A stretch of 64,000 bases of DNA from Bythopirellula sp. (GCA_965216565.1 OZ244170.1:1888001-1952000); one strand, 5' to 3'. Positions 20,791 to 30,398 are shown, counted from the stretch's first letter. Notes: a model not told the origin generated them from the sequence alone. Numbers and translations are program-made.

Positions 20791-21222
20791 CTAATCTAAT
20801 GCGTCAAATGGAATAGACAACGCCGAAGCGCCACCGGCCGTTACCGAGATCGCCAGCAACCCACCCTCGGGATAGTCCCCTGCGAACATGGGCTGCAGAT
20901 AGGGAAAGACCGTCGGCAGTTGTGCCGCACAGTCCTGCCAAGCAAATGCTTGACTGTAGACGGTGGTATGTTCCTCGTCCGTCTCGCCATCCGCGACATT
21001 CTCAGCGATTGCGTTGTCGACCTCTTCCCCCAACCAACCCCGCGCAATTTCTCCGCCGATTTCGTCCTCGCAATCGAGCAAGATCACCACGGGTTGATCG
21101 ACGCCCTCCGACTTGGCGGATTGGTACACCTCGCCCACCAAATGCAAACTATCTTCGAGCAGTTGTTGCTGGGCATCGAGGGCATCGGCCGATTCGTCAG
21201 AATGATCTGGGGGAGGGGACAT
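20791..21222 (-). CDS. Acidic hypothetical protein
   Basis: 143-aa ORF 15 bp upstream of the dehydrogenase, same strand. Confidence 0.7.
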   Translation of the reverse strand: MSPPPDHSDESADALDAQQQLLEDSLHLVGEVYQSAKSEGVDQPVVILLDCEDEIGGEIARGWLGEEVDNAIAENVADGETDEEHTTVYSQAFAWQDCAAQLPTVFPYLQPMFAGDYPEGGLLAISVTAGGASALSIPFDALD

Positions 21223-21312
21223 TGCGTGCTAAAGGTTGCTACAGGATCTGTTTGGAAATGAAGCTCAGAGCCTACATGGCCTAAGGATTTTCCACAAGAA
21301 GAGGCACAGACC

Positions 21313-21353
21313 AAAAAAGAACGGCCTGGCTGCCAATTCGGCAACCAGGCCGT
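21313..21353 (-). terminator. Intrinsic terminator
   Basis: 14-bp stem ACGGCCTGGTTGCC / GGCAGCCAGGCCGT followed by TCTTTTTT on the minus strand. Confidence 0.8.
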
Positions 21354-21600
21354 GTTTGATGTGCTTTGAGAACAGGCTACTGTACCAAGGTAATGCAGCA
21401 GCGGGATCTCAGAAGCAGGTGGTGGGTGGTGCCACTAAGTGTGACAACCCGCCGGTCGTCAACGGCTACCACCCCACTGATGTTTATGATATTCGTTCAA
21501 CGAACCACCTCCTTCCTTACAATGTCTTGGCAGCAACAGCGTCAATCATCAGAGGACGCCTGCGGCCGAATTGCCCGTCGTGCTGCGTTCGCACGACCCT
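21313..21600 (-). ncRNA. Candidate small structured RNA containing a 13-codon ORF (21459..21500)
   Basis: TATAAT at 21608-21613, extended SD GGAAGGAGGTGGTTC, TTG-MNEYHKHQWGGSR-TGA, nested hairpins, own terminator. Confidence 0.55.
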
Positions 21601-21789
21601 TGCCAACATTATAGTCGGCAATCATCCCAAGAGCCCGCACCTGTTTTGTGCCAATGCACGTCCGGACCTGGGACAACTGCAGAAAAGAGCCTAATTACCG
21701 CGATAAGGTTCGCAAAGTTTATTTGCATTTTTTCATTTTTTTTGGGTGCCGAAGGGTAAAATCTGGAACGCTCTTCGGCAGGAATCAAA

Positions 21790-23187
21790 ATGAATCGCCG
21801 CCAACTCCAAAAACTCGGCATCCCACCTCACTGCGCCCAAATAGCCGTCGACGCCGTGCGAACCGCCGCTTCCGAAGGCCTCGGCATGGGGCTCAAGGGA
21901 AAGCGGATGCGGCAGTTGATCTCTCAAGTGGCGGCCAGTCCGGAAACCTTCCGCGGCGATCCAGCTTGGGGTGCATTGGCCCAGGCGCTCGTGGAAAACG
22001 AGCAGATCGTCCCCCACGAGCCCATCAAATACCGCACCTGGGGGGAAGACATTGATCCCGCCGCCCACGTGCAAATGCGCGATGCCTGCCATGTGCCGAA
22101 TGCCGTGGGAGCAGCCCTCATGCCAGACGCCCATGTCGGCTATGGCCTGCCCATTGGCGGAGTGCTCGCCTGCCAGGGGGCGGTCATTCCGTATGCCGTG
22201 GGTGTCGATATCGCCTGTCGGATGAAACTCTCCGTGCTCGACATGCCGGTCGAAAATCTAGAGACCAAACGCGAACCGTTTCGAGTTGCGCTCGAAAAAG
22301 GAACTCGCTTCGGAGTAGGCTGCCAACACAAGCCGGCCCAATCGCACGAGGTGATGGATGACAATTGGAACGTCACCCGCATCACCCGCGAGAAAAAAGA
22401 CACTGCCTGGAAGCAACTCGGCACCTCAGGTTCAGGAAACCACTTCGTCGAATTCGGCACGCTCACTCTCAACCACCGAGACGACGAACTCGACCTCGAC
22501 GCCGGCCAGTACGTTGCGCTACTCAGCCACAGCGGAAGCCGCGGCGTAGGGGCAGCCGTTTGCAGCACCTATAGCCAAATCGCCCAGCGACAACTTCCTA
22601 AACGATACGAAAAACTGGGCCGACTCGCTTGGCTTGATCTCAAGAGCGAAGCCGGCCAGGAATATTGGGAAGCGATGAACCTGATGGGACGTTACGCCGC
22701 GGCCAACCATGCCGTGATCCATCGGCTAGTCTCCCAACAGTTGGGGGCGCACATCATCAGCGGCGTGGAAAACCATCACAACTTTGCCTGGCTCGAAAAG
22801 CATCGGGGCGAGGAAGTTGTCGTCCACCGCAAGGGAGCGACCCCCGCGGGGCCGGGCGTGCTGGGCGTCATCCCGGGTTCGATGGCCGACCCCGCATTTG
22901 TGGTGCGAGGATTAGGCCTGCCGGAAAGCTTCGACTCTGCCTCGCACGGCGCAGGCCGACGCATGTCGCGCCGGCAGGCCAAGGACACCTTTCGCATTTC
23001 CCACGTCCGCAAAGACTTGGCCGAGCGAGGCATCGAAGTTCTCGCCGCCGGCAGCGACGAAGTCCCGGGCGTGTATAAGGACATTCGCAGCGTGATGGCC
23101 GCCCAACAAGATCTCGTAGAAGTCGTCGCCCAATTCGATCCCCGCATCGTCAAAATGTGCGGCGATGGCAGCAAACCAGAAGATTGA
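21790..23187 (+). CDS. rtcB: RNA-splicing ligase RtcB
   Basis: MPDAHVGYGLPIGG, VGVDIAC, GSGNHFVE, HSGSRG, NHHN, HRKGAT, PGSM, SHGAGR, YKDI. Confidence 0.96.
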   Translation: MNRRQLQKLGIPPHCAQIAVDAVRTAASEGLGMGLKGKRMRQLISQVAASPETFRGDPAWGALAQALVENEQIVPHEPIKYRTWGEDIDPAAHVQMRDACHVPNAVGAALMPDAHVGYGLPIGGVLACQGAVIPYAVGVDIACRMKLSVLDMPVENLETKREPFRVALEKGTRFGVGCQHKPAQSHEVMDDNWNVTRITREKKDTAWKQLGTSGSGNHFVEFGTLTLNHRDDELDLDAGQYVALLSHSGSRGVGAAVCSTYSQIAQRQLPKRYEKLGRLAWLDLKSEAGQEYWEAMNLMGRYAAANHAVIHRLVSQQLGAHIISGVENHHNFAWLEKHRGEEVVVHRKGATPAGPGVLGVIPGSMADPAFVVRGLGLPESFDSASHGAGRRMSRRQAKDTFRISHVRKDLAERGIEVLAAGSDEVPGVYKDIRSVMAAQQDLVEVVAQFDPRIVKMCGDGSKPED

Positions 23188-23258
23188 TACGAAATCGCGA
23201 AAGGAATTACAGAAAAAGCCCTAGCCGCCAAGCCCAACTCACTAGAAAGGATCCTTCG

Positions 23259-23906
23259 ATGAACGCTCCAGTCTCATGTGTCGCGACGATGTTCGCGACG
23301 ATGCTCGGGATGATGCTCGGACTATCTCTCCTACTCCCCAGCGCGAGTTATGCCGATGAGTTGCAAGACTTGAAAGCACGGGTGGCTGCACTGGAAGAGA
23401 GACTCGCGACATTGGAGCAATCGCTGCAACCCGTTATGTCTGAGGTTTCAGCCAAGCAGCTCCGCGAGCAGAATCAGCAAGTCGCCCGCGAGCGGATGAG
23501 ACAAGACCAGGAAAACTATTCCAACGATCAGCTCCGCGAGATAGAGGCCCTCTACCAGGTCGCCAACAAGAAATGGAGGACAGAGGAAGCGCAACAAAGC
23601 CTGCAGCAACTTATCGAAAAATACGACAAGGCGAACCGCACCGGCTGCGCAATTCTCTACCTCGGTCAAATGAGCAAGGGAGACAAAAAGCTCGAATATC
23701 TCAAGCAGGCCATCGAACACGGCGATTGCTATTACGGCAATGGCGTTCAAGTGGGCCCGTACGCCCGATTCCATCTAGCTCACCACTATCGAAGCCAGGG
23801 CAAAACAGAAGAGGCCCAGAAGCTATTCGCTGAAATCCGCGAGAGCTTCCCCCAAGCGATCGACCATAAAGGCAATCGGCTAACGCTATCTATTCCCGAG
23901 CAATAG
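23259..23906 (+). CDS. Exported coiled-coil/TPR-like protein
   Basis: SD AAAGGA, signal peptide, helical TPR-like repeats. Confidence 0.7.
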   Translation: MNAPVSCVATMFATMLGMMLGLSLLLPSASYADELQDLKARVAALEERLATLEQSLQPVMSEVSAKQLREQNQQVARERMRQDQENYSNDQLREIEALYQVANKKWRTEEAQQSLQQLIEKYDKANRTGCAILYLGQMSKGDKKLEYLKQAIEHGDCYYGNGVQVGPYARFHLAHHYRSQGKTEEAQKLFAEIRESFPQAIDHKGNRLTLSIPEQ

Positions 23907-24106
23907 GGGCACAAAGCCCACAGGCTTAACGTCTGCTGCGTGTGAATTCTCAGCGGCCACGGTTTTGTGGGTGTCAGCAAAACGTTCGAAAAACCGTTGA
24001 ATTGCCAAATGATCGCTGTACATTAGGGACTAGGGTTCGCGGTCGCTTGGCCAGGATTGAAGGATTCGACCTCTTTAAGCTACTCATAGACTTCAGGAGC
24101 ACGCTA

Positions 24107-25144
24107 ATGAACTTCGACAATGCGTTCAAATCAAAGACCTTGCGGTCATTCCTCTTTGTCATTGTTGCAGCAATCTTTGCCACGCTGTCAACTTATTGCT
24201 TTGCTCAAGAAGTAAGCCCCACCACAGACCGACCCGCACTTTACGACGCAGAGGCGGGCGTCTATTACCAAGCAGCCGGAACGCGTCGTCACGATGTTGC
24301 TGACGCAGTCTATACGGCTCTTTCAACGCAATCGCAGTACGATCCCGTAGGCGATATTATCTATTCCGACCCCGGCGGTACCTTTCGTTGTTCTGGAACC
24401 TTGATTTCGGACAGCCACGTCCTCACTGCCGCCCATTGTATGGACGGCGGAGACGCCCAAGGCCCCGCCACTCCAAGTGCTATTCAATTCACGCTCCCAA
24501 CGGTTGGTACTCTGACGGGCGACGTCAGCAAGGTGACTGTCAATCCAAACTGGACAGGCAACCTAACCAACGGCAATGACATTGCCATTTTCGAGTTGAC
24601 TGCGCCTGTGGGAAGCGTAACACCCGCCCAACGCTACGATGCGGGTACACTGGGTAGCGAAGGAGGCAGTGTTGCCACAAGCGTTGGCTATGGTCGTACG
24701 GGGACAGGCCTCACAGGCGATACTCTCGGCTCGGGAACGCGTCGAGCTGGTGATAATGTGTTGGACGCACTCGGGAGCGTCTTCGGTTGGTCTACGGACA
24801 TTCTACTAGTCGATTTCGACGAGCCTGGCGACCCCAACGAGTCTGTCTTCGGCAGCAATGTCCCCCTAGCCAACGAGTACAACATTGCCCCGGGAGACTC
24901 GGGTGGAGGAGCTTTTACCAACGTCAGTGGCACACACTACCTGACTGGCGTCCACTCTTTGATCTGGGCCATCGACGGCAATACCAACTCCGATTACGGC
25001 GACGGTGGGGGATTCATTAGGGTTTCCGATCACAATGCCTGGATCAACTCCGTCGTGCCCGAACCCACTTCCGCGGGTTTGTGTATGCTGGGAATGCTAT
25101 TGCTGGCAGCACGTCGTCCTAGATCGGGCGTGACACAGGTTTAG
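24107..25144 (+). CDS. Trypsin-like (S1) serine protease with PEP-CTERM
   Basis: CSGTLIS..VLTAAHC, DIAI, GDSGG triad; VPEP + TM + RR. Confidence 0.92.
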   Translation: MNFDNAFKSKTLRSFLFVIVAAIFATLSTYCFAQEVSPTTDRPALYDAEAGVYYQAAGTRRHDVADAVYTALSTQSQYDPVGDIIYSDPGGTFRCSGTLISDSHVLTAAHCMDGGDAQGPATPSAIQFTLPTVGTLTGDVSKVTVNPNWTGNLTNGNDIAIFELTAPVGSVTPAQRYDAGTLGSEGGSVATSVGYGRTGTGLTGDTLGSGTRRAGDNVLDALGSVFGWSTDILLVDFDEPGDPNESVFGSNVPLANEYNIAPGDSGGGAFTNVSGTHYLTGVHSLIWAIDGNTNSDYGDGGGFIRVSDHNAWINSVVPEPTSAGLCMLGMLLLAARRPRSGVTQV

Positions 25145-25211
25145 CCACAATCTACGATACAAGTAGTTGGTTCTGAGATCGGCTTGGGGCCAACTTTTCA
25201 CATTTTTGTGG

Positions 25212-25529
25212 ATGAATGCTATGCGTCTATTATGGATTCGTTCGGCTGCGACAACGCTACTGACGCTTGCCTTGTTTGGCTCATGCAATTCTCTCTGCCA
25301 GGCCTTTGAGACGCTGATTGGTGCTGAGCCTCCAATCTATAGCGATTTCGTCGAACTTCCTGACGGCAGCACCATGAAAGTGGACTACCGAGTTTCCGGC
25401 GAATTGGTCGCTCCGCCCGCCGACCAATTGGGATCCGTTGGCAAGGTCATTCCCGAGCCCAACACAGCAATGCTGATCTTGGCTGGCTCTGGTCTAGGCA
25501 TGCTCAGTGTGCGGAGAATCAGTCGATAG
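25212..25529 (+). CDS. Very small PEP-CTERM protein
   Basis: Signal peptide, ~50-aa mature part, IPEPNTAMLILAG..RR. Confidence 0.75.
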   Translation: MNAMRLLWIRSAATTLLTLALFGSCNSLCQAFETLIGAEPPIYSDFVELPDGSTMKVDYRVSGELVAPPADQLGSVGKVIPEPNTAMLILAGSGLGMLSVRRISR

Positions 25530-25572
25530 GCGGCAGCCGCCATCTCTCTGAACGTTATTGGAGGCGACAGCC

Positions 25573-25806
25573 ATGCCCTCGAAACGCTCTACCACTCCGC
25601 TGGACCGCTTCACCGTTTTCGTAGGCATTGCAGTCCCGCTGACACTGCTGCTGGGAGTCTCGGTTTACGTTGCACACTTAGTTTCCAGTGGAGCATTCAC
25701 GTCATCTCGACCATCCGTCCATTTGATAGTCGCAGCCTGGGTAGCGTTCGCCATGCTTTGCGCGAGCTTCGTCGTAGCGATGAAGCGAGGCCGCAAGCAA
25801 GCATAA
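25573..25806 (+). CDS. Small two-TM membrane protein
   Basis: SD GGAGG, two hydrophobic helices, basic tail. Confidence 0.6.
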   Translation: MPSKRSTTPLDRFTVFVGIAVPLTLLLGVSVYVAHLVSSGAFTSSRPSVHLIVAAWVAFAMLCASFVVAMKRGRKQA

Positions 25807-25916
25807 AGTAGCTATTGGCCCAAATTCCCATTCCCCGCCACGTTGGCGGTGTCTGCCAAGACACTGCGAAACGATTCTGGTACTGCGGAGCACAAACGCA
25901 AAAACGCCCAAAGCAA

Positions 25917-26025
25917 ATAGCCACGAAAATCACAAAGACGCACAAAAAACCTCAACAAATCAATTTTTGTGTCTTCTTGTGTTTCTTGTGGCTATGTCTC
26001 TCTCGGCTATGTTTCTTGTGGCTAT
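25917..26025. repeat. Palindromic intergenic repeat with tandem duplication of its right arm
   Basis: atagccacgaaaatcacaaagacgcacaaaaa ... tttttgtgtcttcttgtgtttcttgtggctat, then tgtttcttgtggctatg again. Confidence 0.65.
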
Positions 26026-26043
26026 GACTATAAAGGACTTCCC

Positions 26044-26337
26044 CTAGTCAACATTGCGCCGTTTCGAAGAAAGCAAGCCCAAGACCGCCGCGAACAGGGC
26101 GCCGCCGATGATCGACCAAACGATGGGAAACGACTCGTCGCCGACTTGGATGGAAAAGATCTCCGGCAATCCCGTGGCTCTGGCCAGCCACACGCCCAGC
26201 AGGGATCCGATAAATCCCAACGCGATGGCAGTAAGACATCCACCCCGGGAAAAACCAGCCAGCGACTGAGCAATCGCCCCGCACACTCCGGCGATTAGAA
26301 GTAGTAACAGCAATTCCATCATAGCCATGAATTTCAC
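26044..26337 (-). CDS. GlsB/YeaQ/YmgE (transglycosylase-associated) membrane protein
   Basis: LIAGVCGAIA...IALGFIGSLLG...SIIGGAL pattern. Confidence 0.88.
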   Translation of the reverse strand: MKFMAMMELLLLLLIAGVCGAIAQSLAGFSRGGCLTAIALGFIGSLLGVWLARATGLPEIFSIQVGDESFPIVWSIIGGALFAAVLGLLSSKRRNVD

Positions 26338-26550
26338 TCTACAAAATCGAGATGGTTAATCAACCAGAACCGTATCGTTTCAACCCAATTTTGTAACGGA
26401 TGTTGACTATCGTCAATCGCGGTCTCACGACTCAGACGGTGCCACTACACAATAATTGCTCCAAAATTGCTCCAAGGATCTTGCAAAGAAAAGTTTCGAA
26501 GTACGAGCAACGCCATAAAGCCTAATCTCAGTTTGCTCAACTCAGGTCGC

Positions 26551-27558
26551 TCAAGAATCGCATTGCATTCTTGAAACCCACCACGAGGTATTGCGTCTTG
26601 ACAAGGTAAGACTGAGTGCAGCTAGCGCAAGTCCGCAGGTTGCTGGCTCAGGGATACTCGATACCCGAAAACCTATGTGGGAGAATCCTTGATTCCATCG
26701 ATCTAGACCTCGCTGTGTCGAACGCAGACTACTCAGGTCATTATCCCAGTCTCCGCCGCGGGCTTCATGGTCTCCATTCGTCGAGTCATTCACGCGATCA
26801 AATTCAGTCTCTAACCGTTCCCAAATATTCCCACCTTGGCCCCTAGTTCCATAGGGACTTGGCAAACCAACATTCATGACATCGTTGGGCAGTGGATTAT
26901 GATCCCCATCGTCAAACACGACATCGAACGAGGGATCGCCCGGAGAGTCGATTCCATCGGGGACATTGTCGCTCCCCGCAGGGAAATCGTAGTAGACATT
27001 GTGTACAGGATCGTAGTAAGCAGCTTTGTACCACTCGTCGAGGCTTGGTAGGAAATACTTTGCCAGTCGATTTCTGTAGAGATTGTCTGGACTGTAGCCT
27101 GGGTCGCCTGGTTGCCACAACTGAAAATCACCATTGGGGTCGATGTTGTAGGCTGGTGGATTGCCTGAATTGCTATTTAGCCAATTGACAAATTTTATGG
27201 AGTGGAGCCAAGTCATTCCAGCAGCTGGCTTGTTGGGTCCACGGATGGCTCTGGGAATGTTCAAAGGATTCCCGTCAGCCGCAGATTGGGCATTTGCATT
27301 GACAATCATCTGCTCAGACACTTCGTAGGTGCTGATCCGATAGTTATAGGCGACCGAACCCACTCTGTTTGGACTGCCTGTTGTGTCGGCGGGATTACCA
27401 GGATTGCCGATGCTGGTGAACTCAATACTGAATGAGGTATCGGGGTCGGAACCGAAATCGTCAGCATGGCCAGCTGAGTCTGGAAGAATCACCAAAGCGA
27501 AGAGCACGCAACTGCAGAGAAGCTTGCTAAACAACGGAAGACCTCCCATGAGAACCAA
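26551..27558 (-). CDS. FGE-sulfatase (SUMF1-like) domain PEP-CTERM protein
   Basis: ISTYEVS, LPSLDEWYKAAY, SPYGTRGQGGNIWE, RGGDW, HIGFRV, then IPEP. Confidence 0.88.
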   Translation of the reverse strand: MVLMGGLPLFSKLLCSCVLFALVILPDSAGHADDFGSDPDTSFSIEFTSIGNPGNPADTTGSPNRVGSVAYNYRISTYEVSEQMIVNANAQSAADGNPLNIPRAIRGPNKPAAGMTWLHSIKFVNWLNSNSGNPPAYNIDPNGDFQLWQPGDPGYSPDNLYRNRLAKYFLPSLDEWYKAAYYDPVHNVYYDFPAGSDNVPDGIDSPGDPSFDVVFDDGDHNPLPNDVMNVGLPSPYGTRGQGGNIWERLETEFDRVNDSTNGDHEARGGDWDNDLSSLRSTQRGLDRWNQGFSHIGFRVSSIPEPATCGLALAALSLTLSRRNTSWWVSRMQCDS

Positions 27559-27638
27559 AGGAAGCCCTTAGCTTAACACGAAGTCTCCAGCGAGCCTAAT
27601 CTTAGGGTTGTGGGTAGAGGTTTACTTCGAATCTCAGG

Positions 27639-27710
27639 GGGCTGGTTTCGAACGAAGTGCGCCCCCAGTCGGAGCGGCCTAGGGCTCGTTACACTCGACC
27701 CAAGCCACCC
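27639..27710. repeat. Degenerate REP-like palindrome
   Basis: ggctggtttcgaacgaagtgcgcccc ... gggctcgttacactcgacccaagcc, imperfect inverted arms. Confidence 0.4.
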
Positions 27711-27720
27711 GACGTTCACC

Positions 27721-28080
27721 CTAAGACAGCTTCGACTTACCCTCTTCCACTAGCCATTTTGGGAAGGGAATGACAGGGTGTCGGGCGATAAGTAGCAGTA
27801 ATCCAGTGAGGATGACTAGTACTGGCACTTCAACATCAATTGTTATAAGTCTAGTTTGACGAAGTACGGAGATGCTACTCGCAATTAAAAAGAATGAGCC
27901 TACTACAAAGGTCACTTTATCAAATCCATAGACGACAAACGCAAGAAAGCCCACGATTGCCAACCCAAGACTCCATGCCCAGTTAATGTTCGGTGCAAAG
28001 CCAAGCGTTGAAAGTAGCCAGCCGATTCCCAAAGCAATCATTAGGAAAGGGAGGATGAGTGTCTTTTTATCTTGTTGCAT
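27721..28080 (-). CDS. Small four-TM membrane protein
   Basis: Four hydrophobic helices. Confidence 0.7.
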   Translation of the reverse strand: MQQDKKTLILPFLMIALGIGWLLSTLGFAPNINWAWSLGLAIVGFLAFVVYGFDKVTFVVGSFFLIASSISVLRQTRLITIDVEVPVLVILTGLLLLIARHPVIPFPKWLVEEGKSKLS

Positions 28081-28355
28081 AGTGAACCCGAGTAGGATCT
28101 AAAAATCGGTTTACAGAGAACACAATATAGCGGAATCGTAATCTACCGTTCAGGGTATCCGGAGAATATTGCATCTTACTAGATTTTTCTAGTGGACTGC
28201 AAAGCCACGCAGGTTCCAGCCAGGGTCATGCTTGTAGCGACTTACATACTCACTCAAGTTGCAAATCCTACGCGGTGGCGTCGACACATGGCACTAGTAG
28301 ATCGGCATTAAGCGAGAGCAGCCAATGCCTCTCATGCCCTCGACCCCTACTGCCT

Positions 28356-29867
28356 TTACTCCTCCACCGGCTCCACGCCCAACACTTCCTCTAAGAAGCT
28401 AAAGAACTTCTCCTCGGTGCGGGGAACGCCCTTCAGCATGCCATCTGGGGTTAAGATCAATGGCAAGCCGGTGTTCATTTTCTTCATGTCGTCGCTATTG
28501 CCGGCGAAGCTGCTCAGCGATTCCGCTTTTAGATTCTCGTCGAGCAGTACTTCTTCGCCGACCAGGTTCATCGCAATGCGTCGAGCCTCGGCAACGACCG
28601 GTGGTCGCTTGGAATCCATCAGAAAGTGATGGAACTCGCTAAACTTCTCGCGATCGAGTCGAAAGACGCTTAATGCCAATTGCGCGTAATCGCAGGCGTG
28701 TTTGTGGCTCCAATGGTCCCGCTTGACGTACGGATTGCACTTCTTGCTAAGTGGCACATGAAATACGACGAACGCCACTTGGTCGCCGTACCGTTTGACA
28801 GCTGCATCCACATGGGGATGGAGATTACGGCAATGGGGGCAAGTGTAATCGAGCATCTCCAGCAGTACGTGTTCCGCATTGGGATTTCCCAGAATCGGTA
28901 CGGTGGTCACATCGATGGGTTCCTGCAAACCGCCAAAGGAGATCATTCGCGAAGCGCTGGCAACACTCGAAGCTGGCTCCTCCGTGGCTGTCTCGACTTC
29001 GACGGTGGCGTCGGTACCATCCTCCTCACTATCGGCTTCCACATCCTCATCCTCAAAGATGCTCGTCTCTTCCGATCCGCCCTTTGTTGCCGAGGATAAA
29101 TCCGTGGGAGAAGTTTCTTCGCTGATTGATGCCTCTGACTCGGAACTAGCCGCAGCCACCTCCGTCGCCGGCTTCTCGATTTTCACATACTCAAATTCAG
29201 CGGGTCGAAAAAAGAATTGGCCGACCATCAAAATGGTAATCCCTACGGCAGCCACTCCGGATGCGATCAGTGGCCGCACCTGCGACATTCCGCCTTCTTG
29301 TTCGTAGTAAGTCTCCGCGGCAGCGTCTCCTCCGAACATCGCGCTCATCGACTCGGTACCCGAAACCGTTTCGCTCATGCGTAACATAGCTACGACCAAG
29401 CCGCAGATGGTCAGGCTGCAAAGATGAACGGCCATGCAATACAGGCAGAAGCTGCCCAATTGAAACACTTGGAGTCCGATAAACCAGGTTGCCGATCCCG
29501 CAGCGAGCAGTGCGAAAGTAAATAACGCCGTCGACGCGATACCTTGGCGATCTTTGTTGAGCATGAGCGCCGAAATCAAGATTCCGACGTAAGTTCCCAG
29601 CCCCATCAAGCTAACCGGAACGCCCAGCCACTTCGACCAGTGGCTCTTGAGCACGTGTTCGCAGTCCACCGCAGACCCGGCACTGCAGCCAGCTACGCTA
29701 CTATTCGACCAAGTGGTCCAGGTAAGGTAGCCGGATATCAGCAGTCCAATCACCGCCAAACCCACCACAATCCAGGTCAACAGTTGGACGCGGTCGGAGC
29801 CTTCGGCATCGGAATAATTGGAATCAAACAAAAGAGCACTCTGTTGGGAAGGGAGCGAGGGAGTCAT
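28356..29867 (-). CDS. VKOR-family protein fused to DsbA/thioredoxin domain
   Basis: C..C..VL.S.WS.WLGVP, FCLYC; acidic linker; GNPNA..DYTCPHC; start uncertain (29867 or 29918). Confidence 0.88.
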   Translation of the reverse strand: MTPSLPSQQSALLFDSNYSDAEGSDRVQLLTWIVVGLAVIGLLISGYLTWTTWSNSSVAGCSAGSAVDCEHVLKSHWSKWLGVPVSLMGLGTYVGILISALMLNKDRQGIASTALFTFALLAAGSATWFIGLQVFQLGSFCLYCMAVHLCSLTICGLVVAMLRMSETVSGTESMSAMFGGDAAAETYYEQEGGMSQVRPLIASGVAAVGITILMVGQFFFRPAEFEYVKIEKPATEVAAASSESEASISEETSPTDLSSATKGGSEETSIFEDEDVEADSEEDGTDATVEVETATEEPASSVASASRMISFGGLQEPIDVTTVPILGNPNAEHVLLEMLDYTCPHCRNLHPHVDAAVKRYGDQVAFVVFHVPLSKKCNPYVKRDHWSHKHACDYAQLALSVFRLDREKFSEFHHFLMDSKRPPVVAEARRIAMNLVGEEVLLDENLKAESLSSFAGNSDDMKKMNTGLPLILTPDGMLKGVPRTEEKFFSFLEEVLGVEPVEE

Positions 29868-29916
29868 AACTATTGTAGCTTTGTAGGAGGGAGTTTCAGC
29901 CCCGGAGGGAAGAACC

Positions 29917-30099
29917 ATGCAGGAAGAATCGAACTACATCTGCCAAAACTGTGGGGAGCAGATCGTAGTTCCGGTCGACATTTCGGCAGGAAACGTACAA
30001 ACATACATCGAAGATTGCCCCGTGTGCTGTCATCCGCACGTGATTCGGGTAGAAATTGACTCTTCAGGCAATATTTCTCTGTGGGGAGAACTCGAATAG
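29917..30099 (+). CDS. CPXCG-motif cysteine-rich protein
   Basis: CQNCGE...YIEDCPVCCHP; SD GGAGG. Confidence 0.88.
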   Translation: MQEESNYICQNCGEQIVVPVDISAGNVQTYIEDCPVCCHPHVIRVEIDSSGNISLWGELE

Positions 30100-30271
30100 G
30101 TGCCGATGACCGATTTCGAACCCTCAATGGTTATAATAGAGGACTCAGCCGCATAATCGGATCTGCCCGCGTGTAGCTGAATTCGCAAGAATTCAGATTC
30201 CAAACTGGCTGAATTCTTGCGAATCCAGCTACGCGCCAATGTAGTCACCAAGAAATTGAGAACGCTCAGAT

Positions 30272-30366
30272 ATCGAGGAAAAGTAACTTCTCCAAAATCC
30301 CTCGCCCCTGTGGGGAGAGGCTAGGTGAGGGGGACAAATAAAAGACCGAAGTTACTTTTCCTCGAT
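30272..30366. repeat. MITE/REP-like element, family A copy 2
   Basis: 19-bp perfect inverted ends atcgaggaaaagtaacttc / gaagttacttttcctcgat around ccctcgcccctgtggggagaggctaggtgagggg. Confidence 0.8.
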
Positions 30367-30398
30367 TTCTCTAGGAGTTCTCCAAGAGGTACGACACC

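Noticed and set aside
21435..21461. Selenocysteine recoding of the micro-ORF UGA
   Set aside because: The hairpin includes the UGA itself rather than having bacterial SECIS spacing; no sel genes in the window
21236..21694. 152-aa and nested plus-strand ORFs
   Set aside because: No protein-like features; promoter, SD and terminator signals all point to the minus strand
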